Shown here one piece after another: positions 9,224 to 21,300 of a stretch of DNA of 64,000 nucleotides (position 1 is its first letter; every line of letters begins with the position of its first letter). Under the pieces are notes generated by a model. That model had not been told where the DNA came from, searched no databases, and worked only from the letters and a program-made list of their open reading frames with translations. Origin of the DNA: an uncultured Verrucomicrobiae bacterium (lineage in GTDB: Bacteria; Verrucomicrobiota; Verrucomicrobiia; Chthoniobacterales; UBA10450); assembly GCA_963772365.1 (NCBI GenBank), contig CAVYXA010000001.1, positions 160,001 to 224,000 of the forward strand, read 5' to 3'. Made by a program: the position numbers and the translations under genes.

Positions 9224-12200
9224 CTATGCCGATTTCAAGATGTGTCTGATTCCGCGAACGGGAATGACCACCCAATCGGGTCGATTGTTGAGCTCGTAGC
9301 CGATTTCGTAAACCGCTTTGTCGAGCAGATAGGCCTCCAGCATGATTTGAAGATCGTCGCTGTTTTTTGGAATGAATCCGGCGCCAAGCGTCGCTTTCAA
9401 ATAGCTTTGCAAAAACATGCTGCTCATGTGCCGATACCAGAGATCAGCCCAGCGCTCGAGAAATGGCACGTCTTCGGAACGCATCGCCGGCTGCCAAAGC
9501 GCCGTGTAGGCGGCATATTGAAAAGAACGCATCATCCCCGCCACATCCCGCAGAGCCGATCGCTTCAATTTTCGCTCGCTTAACGGCCGTGCCGGCTCGC
9601 CTTCGAAATCGAGAATGATGAAATCCTTCCCAGTGTAAAGAGCCTGACCGAGATGATAATCGCCATGGATCCGAATTTTTGCAGCACCCGTCCTCCGATT
9701 AAGCAAAAGTTTTTCACGCTGGTGAATTTCTTCTTCAGCGGCAAACACCTGTTCGGCTTCCTCGCGAAAAGTTTCCGGCAGATCTGAGATCTTTTTTTGC
9801 AGGAGATCAAAGTTACGCCGCAACAAGGCACGCATGTTTTGATAGGCGGAGCGCTGAGACATGGTATTGAATGGCTCCGGCGCGAAAGCAACATCGTCGT
9901 CCACCGAGGCCAGGGCCAGGTGCAATTCACCGGTCCGCTGTCCAAGCAACGTAGCTTTCTCCGGATAAATGCCTCCGATCAATTCGTCGAGAAGCGCACC
10001 CGGTGGCGCGGTTTGATTCTGCAAATCGGCTTTTCGCCCCAGAACGCGATCGTAGTATCGACCAACCGCGTCGAGCGTCAGGCTCCAGGCATCAGATTCG
10101 GCCGTAACCGCGCTCTGCATCAAACAGACGACCGTTGGCTCAGATTTCGGGCGACAATATTCGAGTGCACCTTGAAAAGCGGGAACGTTCGGGAAATTTG
10201 TCCGCTCGGTGAGAAAACGCGTAATTTCCACGTCGGGATTCAGGCCATCTTCTAGTTTGCGGTAGAGTTTCAGGAAATATTTGTTTTCGAAAAGCATCGA
10301 CGAATTGCTCTGTTCAGCCCGCAGCACTTGTGATGAAGGAATTGCGGAAGCATCCTCGCCCGAAAGCGCGCTGCTTGGGCTTCCCGTCAAAGTTCCGCGT
10401 TGTCCTTTCAAATTCCCGGCGCCAGCGATCGTTCGAAACAATTGGGAGCGGAAGTGCGAATCCCAGATCGCATCATGCAGAATCGTTTCCTCGGACTCCT
10501 TAAACCTGGCAATGATTGCGCCGGGTACTGCCTGAGCAATCGTGCGAGCCGCGTCGCCGGTCGAGATTTGGACAGGAAACGCGTAAGTCTCTATCGGCCC
10601 GTCCAGGTAATCGATCTGGAGAAACCAGATCTGGGCCGAGTGTGGTTCGCTGGAAATGGGCATGCGTTCGATCACGCGTAGCTCTCGCAAAATGCGTGCT
10701 TTGGAGCCAAACCAGCGGCAGGTCTTAATATAATCGGGCAATATTTTCCGTTCGATTGCCGCGAGCTGATTGTTGGATAACAGAGCTGCCAGACTCGGTT
10801 CCGCGTCGATGATCGGAACCCGTTTTTTCTGTGCGGCCCGCGCGGCTGCCGCTTGTGCGCGCACCACAAACCAATAACAGGTGTGCGGGCCGAGCATTAT
10901 TGAATACGGCGCTTTCTTGATTCGCGGGAAGTAATTCTGGCTAAAGACCTCCATCAGTCCCGACCCTGAAAACCGCGAGAGATTGAGCTCGGTCGACTGC
11001 GAAAAGCGAGAGAGATTAACAACTACGAGGACCGTTTCGTCTTCGTACCGTCTGAGAAAAGCGATGATCCGTCCGTTTTCTGGATAAAGAAACTCAATCG
11101 ACCCGCGCGAGAAAGCTTTGAAATTCTTGCGCATCGCGATGATGCGCCGGGTCCACCAGAGTAACGAAGAGAGATTCTTTTGCTGATTCTCCACATTGAT
11201 CGCCTCGTAATGATATTCCGGATCGATGATGATCGGGAGGTGAAGCTGTTGCGGATTTGCTTTGGAAAATCCGGCGTTGCGGTCTGGACTCCATTGCATG
11301 GGAGTGCGACAGCCATTGCGATCCCCCAGGTAAATATTGTCGCCCATCCCAATCTCGTCGCCGTAATAAATGATGGGTGTACCGGGCAACGACAGGAGCA
11401 TCGTGTTGAGTAGCTCGATCTTGCGCCTGCTATTGCCTATCAGAGGCGCCAGCCGGCGGCGTATGCCGAGATTGATCCGGGCGTGGGGATCGTTCGCGTA
11501 AACGCGCCACATGTAATCGCGTTCCTCGTCCGTTACCATTTCGAGCGTCAATTCGTCGTGATTGCGGAGGAACATGGCCCATTGGCAGTTGTCCGGTACC
11601 GGCGGCGTTTGATCGAGAATGTCGATGATTGGAAATCGATCCTCCATCTGCAACGACATGAACATCCGCGGCATGAGCGGAAAGTGGAAATTCATGTGTG
11701 ATTCGTCCCCGTTGCCGAAGTAAACCACGGCGTCCTCGGGCCATTGGTTCGCCTCCGCCAGCAGCATTCGGCCGGGGAATTTTGCATCGACATGCGCTCG
11801 CAGCTTTTTCAAGTAGACATGCGTCTCGGGAAGATTTTCGCAACTGGTTCCCTCCCGCTCGTAGAGATAGGGCACGGCATCGAGCCGAAGACCATCCACT
11901 CCCATTCCCAGCCAAAAGTCCACCACTCGCTCGACTGCTTCGTGAACTGATCGATTGTCAAAATTCAAATCCGGCTGGTGCGAGTAAAAGCGATGCCAAT
12001 AATATGCCTTTGCCACCGGATCCCAGGACCAGTTCGAAGTCTCGAAATCTTTAAAAATGATTCGAGCGTCCGCGTATTTTTCTGGCGTATCGCTCCAGAC
12101 ATAGAATTCGCGCTCATTCGAACCCAGCGGCGATTTTCTCGATTTTTGAAACCACGGATTCTGATCGGAAGTATGATTGATCACGAGCTCGGTAATCACG

Positions 12201-12499
12201 CGCAGCCCGCGCCCGTGCGCTGCATCGAGGAAGGCGCGGAAGTCCTCCAACGTGCCATAGCGCGGATTCACATTGAAATAATCGGCAATGTCGTAGCCGT
12301 CATCGCGCAGCGGCGAAGGATAGAACGGCAGGAGCCAGATCGCGGTGATCCCGAGCTCCTGAAGATAATCGAGCTTTTCGATCAGACCGCGAAAATCGCC
12401 CATCCCATCGCCATCGCTGTCGTGGAATGTTTTGACGTGCAATTCATAAATGACTGCATCTTTGTACCACAACGGATCGAGCGCGGTTTCCGCCACCAT
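9224..12499 (-). CDS. treS: Trehalose synthase (maltose alpha-D-glucosyltransferase) fused to maltokinase
   Basis: GH13 motifs [26 protein letters not shown] and [12 protein letters not shown]-terminal maltokinase motifs [18 protein letters not shown] and DFEGEP. Confidence 0.96.
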   Translation of the reverse strand: MVAETALDPLWYKDAVIYELHVKTFHDSDGDGMGDFRGLIEKLDYLQELGITAIWLLPFYPSPLRDDGYDIADYFNVNPRYGTLEDFRAFLDAAHGRGLRVITELVINHTSDQNPWFQKSRKSPLGSNEREFYVWSDTPEKYADARIIFKDFETSNWSWDPVAKAYYWHRFYSHQPDLNFDNRSVHEAVERVVDFWLGMGVDGLRLDAVPYLYEREGTSCENLPETHVYLKKLRAHVDAKFPGRMLLAEANQWPEDAVVYFGNGDESHMNFHFPLMPRMFMSLQMEDRFPIIDILDQTPPVPDNCQWAMFLRNHDELTLEMVTDEERDYMWRVYANDPHARINLGIRRRLAPLIGNSRRKIELLNTMLLSLPGTPIIYYGDEIGMGDNIYLGDRNGCRTPMQWSPDRNAGFSKANPQQLHLPIIIDPEYHYEAINVENQQKNLSSLLWWTRRIIAMRKNFKAFSRGSIEFLYPENGRIIAFLRRYEDETVLVVVNLSRFSQSTELNLSRFSGSGLMEVFSQNYFPRIKKAPYSIMLGPHTCYWFVVRAQAAAARAAQKKRVPIIDAEPSLAALLSNNQLAAIERKILPDYIKTCRWFGSKARILRELRVIERMPISSEPHSAQIWFLQIDYLDGPIETYAFPVQISTGDAARTIAQAVPGAIIARFKESEETILHDAIWDSHFRSQLFRTIAGAGNLKGQRGTLTGSPSSALSGEDASAIPSSQVLRAEQSNSSMLFENKYFLKLYRKLEDGLNPDVEITRFLTERTNFPNVPAFQGALEYCRPKSEPTVVCLMQSAVTAESDAWSLTLDAVGRYYDRVLGRKADLQNQTAPPGALLDELIGGIYPEKATLLGQRTGELHLALASVDDDVAFAPEPFNTMSQRSAYQNMRALLRRNFDLLQKKISDLPETFREEAEQVFAAEEEIHQREKLLLNRRTGAAKIRIHGDYHLGQALYTGKDFIILDFEGEPARPLSERKLKRSALRDVAGMMRSFQYAAYTALWQPAMRSEDVPFLERWADLWYRHMSSMFLQSYLKATLGAGFIPKNSDDLQIMLEAYLLDKAVYEIGYELNNRPDWVVIPVRGIRHILKSA

Positions 12500-12555
12500 G
12501 CGACAACCTTTGCCGCACAAATCTCATCATGCAACGCGGCAATCGAAACCAAATA

Positions 12556-12586
12556 CGGCAGCCCCGAAAAAATTCCGGGGCTGCCG
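12556..12586 (-). terminator. Probable intrinsic terminator of the 12633-13289 gene
   Basis: 11-bp stem CGGCAGCCCCG / CGGGGCTGCCG followed on the minus strand by TATTTGGTTT. Confidence 0.6.
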
Positions 12587-12632
12587 CGAAAATCTTTTCC
12601 AATCTGATTTAGAAAAAAGTGAGTCGGCTACC

Positions 12633-13289
12633 TTATTTCGTGGCCAGGTTTGCCTGACTGGCGACACACTTCCAGGAGCCATTTTGCTTCACCCATGTAT
12701 CGGTGAACAGAAAAGTGCGGTCGAAAGCTTTGCCGTCTTTGCCGGTGCCCTTTTCACGATACTTGCCCACGACAACGGCAACATCATTGCTGTATCTGTG
12801 AACATCGAGCTTTTCGTTCTTTCCGTACGTGTAAGTGTCCTTATCTCTTTTCATCTCAGCCAACATGCCGCGACGATTCTGAATTTTACCCCTTGAACTT
12901 ACGCCGACGAAATCATCGGCCACCATCGCTTCGACCGCGGGCAAGCCCTGCTTTCCGTGAGCCTGGGCCCAGCGGTTTTCGTTATCCTTGAGCGCAGCTT
13001 CCACGCTCATTTTCTTTCCAGATGCCATCGCCGTCGGAGAAGCTGTCTTGGTGGTTTTGGTGGATGCGGCGCTCTTGGTCGGTGTTGCTGCGGGAGACGC
13101 GGTGGCGGAAGGGGTCGGAGACATCGCGGGGCTGGCTGTGGTTTCCACCTCAGGCGCAGCTGCGGGGGTTTCCGCGGCAGTCGTGGATGGAGTCTCCTCC
13201 ATTGGTGTAGCGCTGGGTTGCTCTCCTTGTCCAAAGACCGAGGCAAGCCCCAGTGTTATCGCTGCGATGAATGGTGTAAGTGATTTCAT
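12633..13289 (-). CDS. Secreted NTF2-like (DUF4440) protein with Pro/Thr/Ala-rich linker
   Basis: Signal peptide, low-complexity linker, and C-terminal ...FTDTWVKQNGSWKCVASQ. Confidence 0.85.
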   Translation of the reverse strand: MKSLTPFIAAITLGLASVFGQGEQPSATPMEETPSTTAAETPAAAPEVETTASPAMSPTPSATASPAATPTKSAASTKTTKTASPTAMASGKKMSVEAALKDNENRWAQAHGKQGLPAVEAMVADDFVGVSSRGKIQNRRGMLAEMKRDKDTYTYGKNEKLDVHRYSNDVAVVVGKYREKGTGKDGKAFDRTFLFTDTWVKQNGSWKCVASQANLATK

Positions 13290-13481
13290 TTCAATTTCCT
13301 TTCAGGGTTAGCTTTCGAACGCTGGATCGCGCAGCGGCCTTTGCCCCACTCTGGCGGTCACGACTCGAGCTATTTCGGAGTCATTTGGCGTTGTCAAAAG
13401 CGAGCGTATTGGGAACGGCGCGAAACGGTCAAGGTTTTATTGCAATCCTTAAAACGCGCGCTCGAGACGCCAGGCAGTTTG

Positions 13482-13517
13482 GTAAACGCTTGACCGATCG
13501 AGGAAGAAAGCCTCAAA
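13482..13517 (+). promoter_or_regulatory. Promoter-like motif, copy 1 (shared with 18293-18327)
   Basis: GTAAACGCTTGACC-N10-GAAAGCCTCAAA. TTGACC is followed by 17 nt and TCAAAT, a sigma70-like spacing. Confidence 0.5.
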
Positions 13518-13539
13518 TCATAAACTAAGATCAGGGGAT

Positions 13540-14343
13540 ATGGATCGCTATGCTTATCGTATCGTGTTTTTCCTAGCCATATGGTGGCTGGGAAATAGTG
13601 GATTTGGATCGACAGTTCGTGCGGCTTCCACTGATGGCGTCGCTCGCATTACACAACGCTCCGGCATCGTGCAATCGATCAAACCGGCCGGTCGGGCTGG
13701 TGCGGCCGCATTGCGCGACACCATCGAAGAGGGATCTGTGTTGCGAACCGGAAAAGATGGACAGGCTGAATTAACTTTTGACGATCAAACTGTCGTTCGG
13801 CTTGCGTCCGACACCGTCTTTTCCTTTCGCAATGGGGCTTGCGATCTCAACCTGAGCGAGGGCGCCGTATTGGTGGAATCGCCCAAGAGCGGACTAGCCG
13901 CAAAAATTGAGGCCGGAGAAATCTCGGCTGCGATCAGCGGAACGACGTCCGTCTTCGAATATCGCCACGGCGTTTGTAAATTTTTGGTTCTCGAAGGCAA
14001 AGGGCGATTGTATCGGCCGCGCCATGTGGGCGATTCGGTCTTGGTCGGCCCGGGTCAGATGGTCTTCGGCAATGCAAAGGATCCCCTGAGTGATCCAGTC
14101 GACTTCGATATCGCCCGTTTCATTCGGACCAGTCATCTTATTGTCGATCTTCCGCCTTTGCGGACTCAGGGAGCAATCGCGGCCGCGGCTCGGGCGCAGG
14201 ATGGTAAGAAATCAAAAAAGACATTAATGGAAACGAACCTTGTCATCCACGGCGGCGGCACTGTCGTTTCACTCGTCAACCCGGACGCACCGAAAGCCTC
14301 AAAAGCAGCGAGTCGCCAGTCGAGATCGAAAATAAAAAGATAG
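13540..14343 (+). CDS. Exported FecR-domain protein (short)
   Basis: Signal peptide; LRTGKDGQAELTFDDQTVVRL, ISGT, and VLEG motifs typical of the FecR domain. Confidence 0.85.
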   Translation: MDRYAYRIVFFLAIWWLGNSGFGSTVRAASTDGVARITQRSGIVQSIKPAGRAGAAALRDTIEEGSVLRTGKDGQAELTFDDQTVVRLASDTVFSFRNGACDLNLSEGAVLVESPKSGLAAKIEAGEISAAISGTTSVFEYRHGVCKFLVLEGKGRLYRPRHVGDSVLVGPGQMVFGNAKDPLSDPVDFDIARFIRTSHLIVDLPPLRTQGAIAAAARAQDGKKSKKTLMETNLVIHGGGTVVSLVNPDAPKASKAASRQSRSKIKR

Positions 14344-14372
14344 CCAAGCAGAAATTATCCGGGCAAAAATTA

Positions 14373-17300
14373 ATGAAGAGAAAAATTTCTATCAAAAGGT
14401 CAGATCGAGTCACAACCGCGGTCTTCGCTCTAATCTGCGGAGCGGTGGCTCTAAATAGAATTGTCGATGCTGCGCCCCTCAACTCTGCGCGGGTCTCCCA
14501 GGTGATCCAGGATGTGCGCCTGTTAAAGCCAAGCGCGCCGCCGCGTCCCGCCGTCGTAAACGATATGGTTACCCGCGAATCGGCAGTGCGTACCGGAGTT
14601 GAATCGCGAGCCGAACTAACGTTTCCCGATTTGACCATTACTCGACTCGGGCAGAACACAATCTTCACCCTGTCCCGAGGCGCTCGCGAGATCCATTTGG
14701 ATTCGGGTTCCCTTCTTCTGCAAATCCCGCCAAACGCTCCGGAGGCGAGAATCATAAGCCCCGGGGTCACCGCTGGAATTGCTGGCGCTACTGCTCTTTT
14801 TGCAGTCGGCCCGCCAAGGAAGTTCATGGTCCTGGAAGGCAACGGATTTCTCTTTCCAACCGGACATCCGGAACGCGCTGTTCATCTCCAAGCCGGAGAA
14901 ATGGTGATGATGACTGCTGATGGACGCATCACGCCGGTAATGACATTTAACGTCGGGCTCGTCCTCAGCACATCTCATTTGATCACCGATTTTCCCGAGT
15001 TGGCTAATCTGACGTTGATTTTGAATATCGTTAACCAGCAGGGAGCAGGCTTTGGCGAGTCGCCCGGGCCGCCTCCATACAGGGACATTATTGAAGTTGC
15101 CGATCAACGATTTGCCGCATTGCCAACTCTCACGCCAAGCGCAACACCTACCCCCACGACGACGCCGTCCCCTACGCCGAGCAAGTTTGGCACGCCATTA
15201 GTGATCAGTTCGCCCGTGCCCTACATCATTACTTCGGGAACGACGATCACGACCGACCCCTCCATCACCACTAACGGTGTGACTGCCTACGGAACAATTT
15301 ATCGCGGGCCCACCGCCGACGGGCCATTCACAATGTGGGCCTTTGGATCGACAAGACCTTTCGACACGGCGCTGAATCTTGATAGCGAATTCTTTTCTGA
15401 CTCAGCCAATCTGCCGATTGCCGTTTTTAAATTTCAAAGCTTGTCGCTGACCGGCAATCCAACGATCGACACAAGCAACGGCGGAGTCACACGCCTCGGC
15501 TTGATCGGTGTGAGTGGTATCACGTCTGGGCCGCCCGGCGGCCCGTTAACGTTTAGTGGCCTGGACGGGCTTTATCTCGGGACAGTCAATGGCTCGATCA
15601 ATCTTAGCTCTGACATTTCTTTTGCGAACCTTGACACGCTGGCGATTTATGCCCGTGGAAGCGGCTCTAGCCTAACGATCAACTCGCCAATTTCAAATAT
15701 CGCTAATCTCAAGCTTGCTGCCGAGGGATCGCTTCAGCTTACCAACTCCGGGAGCATGAGCGTCGGAAGCTTTGGCTCGACGGCCGGCGGAAATCTGAAT
15801 GTACAAATCCACGGCTCGCTATCGTTAGACGGTCAATTTCGCCTGGACACTCTGGTCTTGCCGGGAACGAGCGTACCCAATGGGGCCAATGTCACATTAA
15901 CTGTCGGCAACGATTTTACGAACAGCTCGGCTGACGATATTTCCCAGTTGCGAGTGAAGAACGAAAACGGCCATATCGGAAGGGGCGGAAATATTTCGAT
16001 GAACGTCGGGGGGGATCTGATGACCGCGGGCGATTTCGAAATGACGGTTCAAAACACCTCCGGTCAGATCGACAACGGCGGCAACATCGCACTGACGACT
16101 TCCGGCAGTGTCTCTACCGGCGGAGCGTTTAGTGTTCTCGTTGAGAACTATGATTTCAGTGGCAACGCTGCAGGGCACATCGGTACGGGCGGAAATATTT
16201 CCGTCGCGACGGGAGGAGATCTCTCCGCGCAATCGATCATCGCGCTTGTTAATAATCGTAGTGGCGGCCAAATTGATTCGCCGGTTAGCCTTACTTTGAA
16301 CGTCGGCGGCGCGTTGACGACTTCCGGCGAAAGCACCGATCCATTTGGATTTCCAGAAAGCCTCTCGGTTACTATTTCGACCAGGTTTGACAACATGAGC
16401 GGCCCGGCGCTCGCTTCAACCATCGACGGCAATGCGACTTTGACGATTAACGCAGGCACCGCTTCAATTGGCGGCCGGCTCTCCACCATCATCAGCAACA
16501 CTGGCAGCACTCTCAATGGGAGTGCGCTCATGAATCTTGGCATCACCAACGGCGTGTCCATTGATGGCGAGGCTGACTTAGAGATTTTGAATGACGCCGA
16601 CATCGCCAGCCCTCTCGGCGGCGTACTCCATGGCAGCGCGACTCTGCAGGTGCTCTCAAATAACTTCACGGCCAACGCGTTATTCGCCCAGATCGATAAC
16701 CGGGATGGCGCGTTGATCGATTCGAATGCTGCCATTGCTTTTGATTTGACAGGAAGCTTTGCCATACCTGGGACGAACCCCGGCAATTCAGGTTTCGATG
16801 CGACCGTGCCGGGCGAGGCGGATATTCTTATTGATAACCAAAAACGTGGTGTCAGCCAGGACAACGCTACAAGCGGCGGCACGATTGGGGGAAGCGCGTT
16901 GATTCAGTTGAGCGCCGCCAGCGCTTCCATCGCGGGTCTATTCGACGTTGAGATCGACAATTTCAACAGTGACAGCGGCGTCAGCGGTGGAAGTATCGGA
17001 AGCAATGCCGCGATCGACTTCAACATCACTAGCAGCCTCCAGGTTGTAGGCGACGCGGACTTTCAAATCTTGAACGAAAGCCGGGCTACCCGTTCGGCCG
17101 GTGGAACAATCGGCGGAGATGCCACGATAGACGTAAGCGCGGCCAGCATTTCTGCGAACTCTTTGCTTACCCAAATCAACAATAGCAATTTCGGCAGCAT
17201 CGGCGGAAACGCCACGATCGACGTAACTGTCCCTAACATTTCCATTGGTGGGAACCTGTTTAATCAAATTGACAATTCGAATGGCGGCACGATCGGCAAT

Positions 17301-18206
17301 GCCGCAACGATCAACATGAATGTTTCCGCCACTGCCACGGTGACCAATGACGCACAGTTCAATATTTTCGGCAGTAATGGGGCCTCGTCCGCCGCCATCA
17401 ATTTCAATGGCGGCAACTATAGTGTCGGAGGCATGTTTCGGAGTACCATTTCCGATGACGGTGCAATCGCCTTTAACAATGCCACGGTGCAGGCCGATGT
17501 GCTCAAAGCCGGTGTTTTCGGTCCGAATGGCGTGCTCAACGTTGGGGGCGGGATGCTTAGTGGCAACACAGAGTTCAAGCTCTACGCTTCTGGCAGCAAC
17601 GGTTCCATCAACTTTCTAACTGATGTAACTTTGTCAGGGCAAACGGCTGCGCCGATTATCGCTGCCAATACCGTAACCATCTTCGACGGCGTCGTAGTTA
17701 CCATCACCGGGCAATCAGGCATGGCCATGGTTTTTGCCAATGTGCCGAACTATTCTGGCTCCGGGGGCAATGGTAGTACTACAGGGACGTTCGGTGGGAA
17801 TGGAGCCCAGACCCAGTCTCTCTCTTCAGCGCCGCCATTTGATGGCCCGATTCTCGCACCGGAAACCATCGAGCCCAGCGGCGGGGCAACCTCACATCAC
17901 GGGACTGACACAACATCCGCAGCCGCGCCCCGAAATGCCGAAAGAGCTGATGATTTCAGAGAACCTCGCGCGAGAACGGCTGCTGCCACGATTAACATTA
18001 GAAACAGCTCTCAATTGCTGGCACTCCTTGACGATGCGGTTCCACGACCCCGAGGCAAGATCTCAAGTGCAGCGGGACATAAAACCGCCGGGGCAAAAGA
18101 TTCGAGTAGGATCGACATGGCCGACCGCCTGAAGAACGTTCGCATAAATTTAGACAGCCATCGCAACGGCGAGCACGAAAGGCCCGGCCTTCTGGCCAGG
18201 CAATGA
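14373..18206 (+). CDS. Large exported protein: FecR domain, Pro/Thr linker, Gly/Asn-rich beta-helix-like repeats (1277 aa)
   Basis: VRTGVESRAELTFPDLTITRLGQNT (FecR), PTPTTTPSPTP linker, and repeated GGxIGGxAxIxVxAxxIS...IDN units. Confidence 0.85.
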   Translation: MKRKISIKRSDRVTTAVFALICGAVALNRIVDAAPLNSARVSQVIQDVRLLKPSAPPRPAVVNDMVTRESAVRTGVESRAELTFPDLTITRLGQNTIFTLSRGAREIHLDSGSLLLQIPPNAPEARIISPGVTAGIAGATALFAVGPPRKFMVLEGNGFLFPTGHPERAVHLQAGEMVMMTADGRITPVMTFNVGLVLSTSHLITDFPELANLTLILNIVNQQGAGFGESPGPPPYRDIIEVADQRFAALPTLTPSATPTPTTTPSPTPSKFGTPLVISSPVPYIITSGTTITTDPSITTNGVTAYGTIYRGPTADGPFTMWAFGSTRPFDTALNLDSEFFSDSANLPIAVFKFQSLSLTGNPTIDTSNGGVTRLGLIGVSGITSGPPGGPLTFSGLDGLYLGTVNGSINLSSDISFANLDTLAIYARGSGSSLTINSPISNIANLKLAAEGSLQLTNSGSMSVGSFGSTAGGNLNVQIHGSLSLDGQFRLDTLVLPGTSVPNGANVTLTVGNDFTNSSADDISQLRVKNENGHIGRGGNISMNVGGDLMTAGDFEMTVQNTSGQIDNGGNIALTTSGSVSTGGAFSVLVENYDFSGNAAGHIGTGGNISVATGGDLSAQSIIALVNNRSGGQIDSPVSLTLNVGGALTTSGESTDPFGFPESLSVTISTRFDNMSGPALASTIDGNATLTINAGTASIGGRLSTIISNTGSTLNGSALMNLGITNGVSIDGEADLEILNDADIASPLGGVLHGSATLQVLSNNFTANALFAQIDNRDGALIDSNAAIAFDLTGSFAIPGTNPGNSGFDATVPGEADILIDNQKRGVSQDNATSGGTIGGSALIQLSAASASIAGLFDVEIDNFNSDSGVSGGSIGSNAAIDFNITSSLQVVGDADFQILNESRATRSAGGTIGGDATIDVSAASISANSLLTQINNSNFGSIGGNATIDVTVPNISIGGNLFNQIDNSNGGTIGNAATINMNVSATATVTNDAQFNIFGSNGASSAAINFNGGNYSVGGMFRSTISDDGAIAFNNATVQADVLKAGVFGPNGVLNVGGGMLSGNTEFKLYASGSNGSINFLTDVTLSGQTAAPIIAANTVTIFDGVVVTITGQSGMAMVFANVPNYSGSGGNGSTTGTFGGNGAQTQSLSSAPPFDGPILAPETIEPSGGATSHHGTDTTSAAAPRNAERADDFREPRARTAAATINIRNSSQLLALLDDAVPRPRGKISSAAGHKTAGAKDSSRIDMADRLKNVRINLDSHRNGEHERPGLLARQ

Positions 18207-18292
18207 CATTTCATGCGCTACAAATCGCGCCATTTTTATGCTAAGTGCCGATGCGCTGATAACATTTTTGACTATCTCGGCCGATCCTCGCA

Positions 18293-18327
18293 GTAAAAGC
18301 TTGACCCAGTAGGCGGAAAGCCTCAAA
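18293..18327 (+). promoter_or_regulatory. Promoter-like motif, copy 2
   Basis: GTAAAAGCTTGACC-N9-GAAAGCCTCAAA, about 70 nt upstream of the third FecR gene. Confidence 0.5.
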
Positions 18328-18396
18328 ACGTAGCCTTTTCCCGTGGGACCGGGAACTCGGGCTAAAGCGACAGGCGGCTTTTCGCAACGATAACCA

Positions 18397-21300
18397 ATGA
18401 AAAGAAAGACTTCCGTCAAAAAATCGGATCGAACCACGATGGCAGTATGCGCCCTTATCTGCGGTGGCGTGGCCCTCGTTCATATTGTCGATGCTGCGCC
18501 ATTCGAGTCGGCGCGGGTTTCACGAGTGATTCAGGATGTGCGGTTACTGAAACCGAGTGCCCCGCCGCGGCCGGCCGTAGTAAACGACACCGTCACGCAG
18601 CAAACGGCGGTGCGAACAGGAGTTGAATCGCGCGTCGAACTAACATTTCCCGACTTAACTATCACACGCCTTGGGCAGAACACGGTGTTTAGTATGGTTC
18701 AAGGGTCCCGGGAAGTTCGCTTGGATTCCGGTTCCATTCTGTTGCAGGTGCCGCCAAACAGTCCGGCAGCAAGCATCAAAACCGGGGCAGTGACCGCTTC
18801 CATCTCGGGTGGGACTGCTCTGTTTGCGGTGGGGCCACCCGTGAAATTTATGGTGCTGGAAGGAATAGGCACATTCTTTCCGACCGGACATCGGGAGGAC
18901 GCGGTGACGCTTCATGGCGGTGATATGGTCATGAGGACTGCCGCTGGTCGCATCACCACACCGATGAAGTTTGACGTCTCACTCGTTCTGAAAACCTCCC
19001 ACCTGATCAGTGATTTTCCCGAGCTCGCCAATGTACCGCTAATTTTGAATGTAGTGAACCTGCAAGGAGGCGTTGGCGAACAGCCCGGCCCGCCGCCATT
19101 TAGAGACATTATTGAAGTTGCCGACCAACGATTTGCTGCATCGGAGACTCCCACACCGACTCCAAGTGCGACGCCAACACCAACCGTAACTCCGACTGCA
19201 ACTCCATCTGCTACGGCAACTCCAACCGCGACGCCGAGTGCCACGCCCACGCCCACCGCTACACCAAGTCCGACCGCCACTCCATCTGCTACGCCAAGCA
19301 AATACGGTACTCCATCTGTGATCAGTTCCCCGATTCCCTACACAATCACGTCGGGCACAGTTATAAACACTGACCCAGCCATCACCACCAATGGAGTTAC
19401 GGACTATGGAAAGATCTATCGCGGCCAACCTGATGGCCCATTCACAACCTGGGCGTTCGGTTCCACATCGCCATTTGATGTCGCCTTAAATATCGACACC
19501 GAATTTTTTGCCGATCCAAACCATTTGCCGATTGCGGTATTCAAGTTCCAGAGCCTTTCCTTGAATGGCAATCCTACGATCGACACGACAAATGGCGTCA
19601 CCCATCTGGGATTGGTGGGCGTAGATGGAATTACTTCCGGATCTCCTGGCGGTACGCTGACGTTCTCGGGGCTGGATGTGCTGCTATTGGCTACGGTGAA
19701 TGGTCCGATCAATCTGAGCTCCAATGTCTCATTCGCCAATCTTCCGCTGCTCGCCATGTATGCCCGTGGCACCGGCTCCGATCTCACGATTAATTCTCCG
19801 CTTTTAAATATTGGCGATCTGCGATTGGCGGCGGAGGGCTCCATCCACCTGATGAGAACTGGCAGCATGAGCACTGGCGCGATTCAGGCTACGGCTGGTC
19901 GCAGCATTGGTATGAATATAAGCGGCTCGTTGACGCTAAACGGCGTCGCCAGTTTTGAAACCTTGGTCCTCCCGGGGACAGCGGTATCAGGAGACATGAA
20001 TCTCAGCCTCGACATCGGCGGCAATTTCGTGAACAACTCGGCAGCCGATTTGACGCGGTTCCGAATCAGCAACGACGGCACTACAATCAATGGAAATGCC
20101 TCGATTCAAACTTCGGCCAACAACGTTTCGCTCGGAAATTCGCTTTTCGCCCTAATCGACAATCCGGGCGGACATATCACTGGAAGCGCAGACATCGGTT
20201 TTTTATCGCCCAATTTGACAACCGGCGGTGACGCAAGTTTCGACATCCGGAATCCCGCTTCGGGGAGCCCAGGGGGAATTATCGACGGCAACGGCGAAAT
20301 TCAGGTAACTGCATCGACGATTTCGACGGCCGGCCTTTTCGATGCAGAGATCGATAATTCCGGTCCTGTCGCGCCGATGGGTGCTAGCGCCGGCGGCACG
20401 ATCCTTGGTATTGCCGCGGTAAACGTATCCGCAACGAATCTTTCCAGCGGAGATTTGTCCGCGGCAATACTGAACCGTGGCGGCGGCACGATCGGCAGCC
20501 AGGCGCTAGTGAGTATTGGAGTCACCGATAGCCTGATGAGCAGTAATCTTTACACCCTCATCGATAACCGCGGGGGACAGATTGGTTCCGACGCTCTGAT
20601 CGATTTCTCCGGCAATGGAACGCTCAGCTCGCAAGGCGGCATGTGGTTCCAGATCTTAAATAACCCGTATCGGGAGGAGCGGGTGGCGTAATAAACGGCA
20701 TGGCGCTAATTGACATCGGTGCCTCCGGTCTCAACGCGGGCTCGCTTCTGGCGGAGATTGATAACACTTCTGGTCAGATTTCCGGCGCTATGGCCATCTT
20801 TTTCAATCTGTCGGGCAATGCCACGATAGACGGCGACGCAACCTTTGCTATTTATGGGAGGGATAGTCTCGGATCCGCAGAACCTGTAAGCGAAGGAGAT
20901 GGGTTGGCTCCTGTCGCACAGATTGGGATCAACGGCGGTAATTACGATGCGGGCGGGACATTTCTTGCCTCCATCAACCAGGATGGGGCGATCACGTTCG
21001 ACGGTTCAAGTGTTCACGCAGATGTGCTCAAGGCCGGAGTGTTCGGTTCAAATGGCACCATCACCATCGGCGGCGGCGGTACGCTCTCGGCTGATTCTAC
21101 CCTGAAGCTGTATGCCCCCGGTGGTAACGGACAGATTAATTTTATTTCGGATGTCACCCTTGGCGGCAGCGGCGCAAAGATTCTTGCCGCGAATTCGGTC
21201 ACCATCTCCGACGATGTCGTCGTCACAGTCGGCGGACCAGCGCCTGTTGATGTTTATACGAACAATGCCAATTACTCGGGTTTCGGCGGCAACGGAACCA

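Noticed and set aside
9224..12499. TreS-maltokinase fusion as a novelty
   Set aside because: A well-known architecture in the GlgE pathway.
13290..13400. c-di-GMP-I riboswitch upstream of the DUF4440 gene (GGGCAAA on the minus strand)
   Set aside because: The GAAA-capped P2 stem and the following GACGCAAAG element are not present in the right arrangement.
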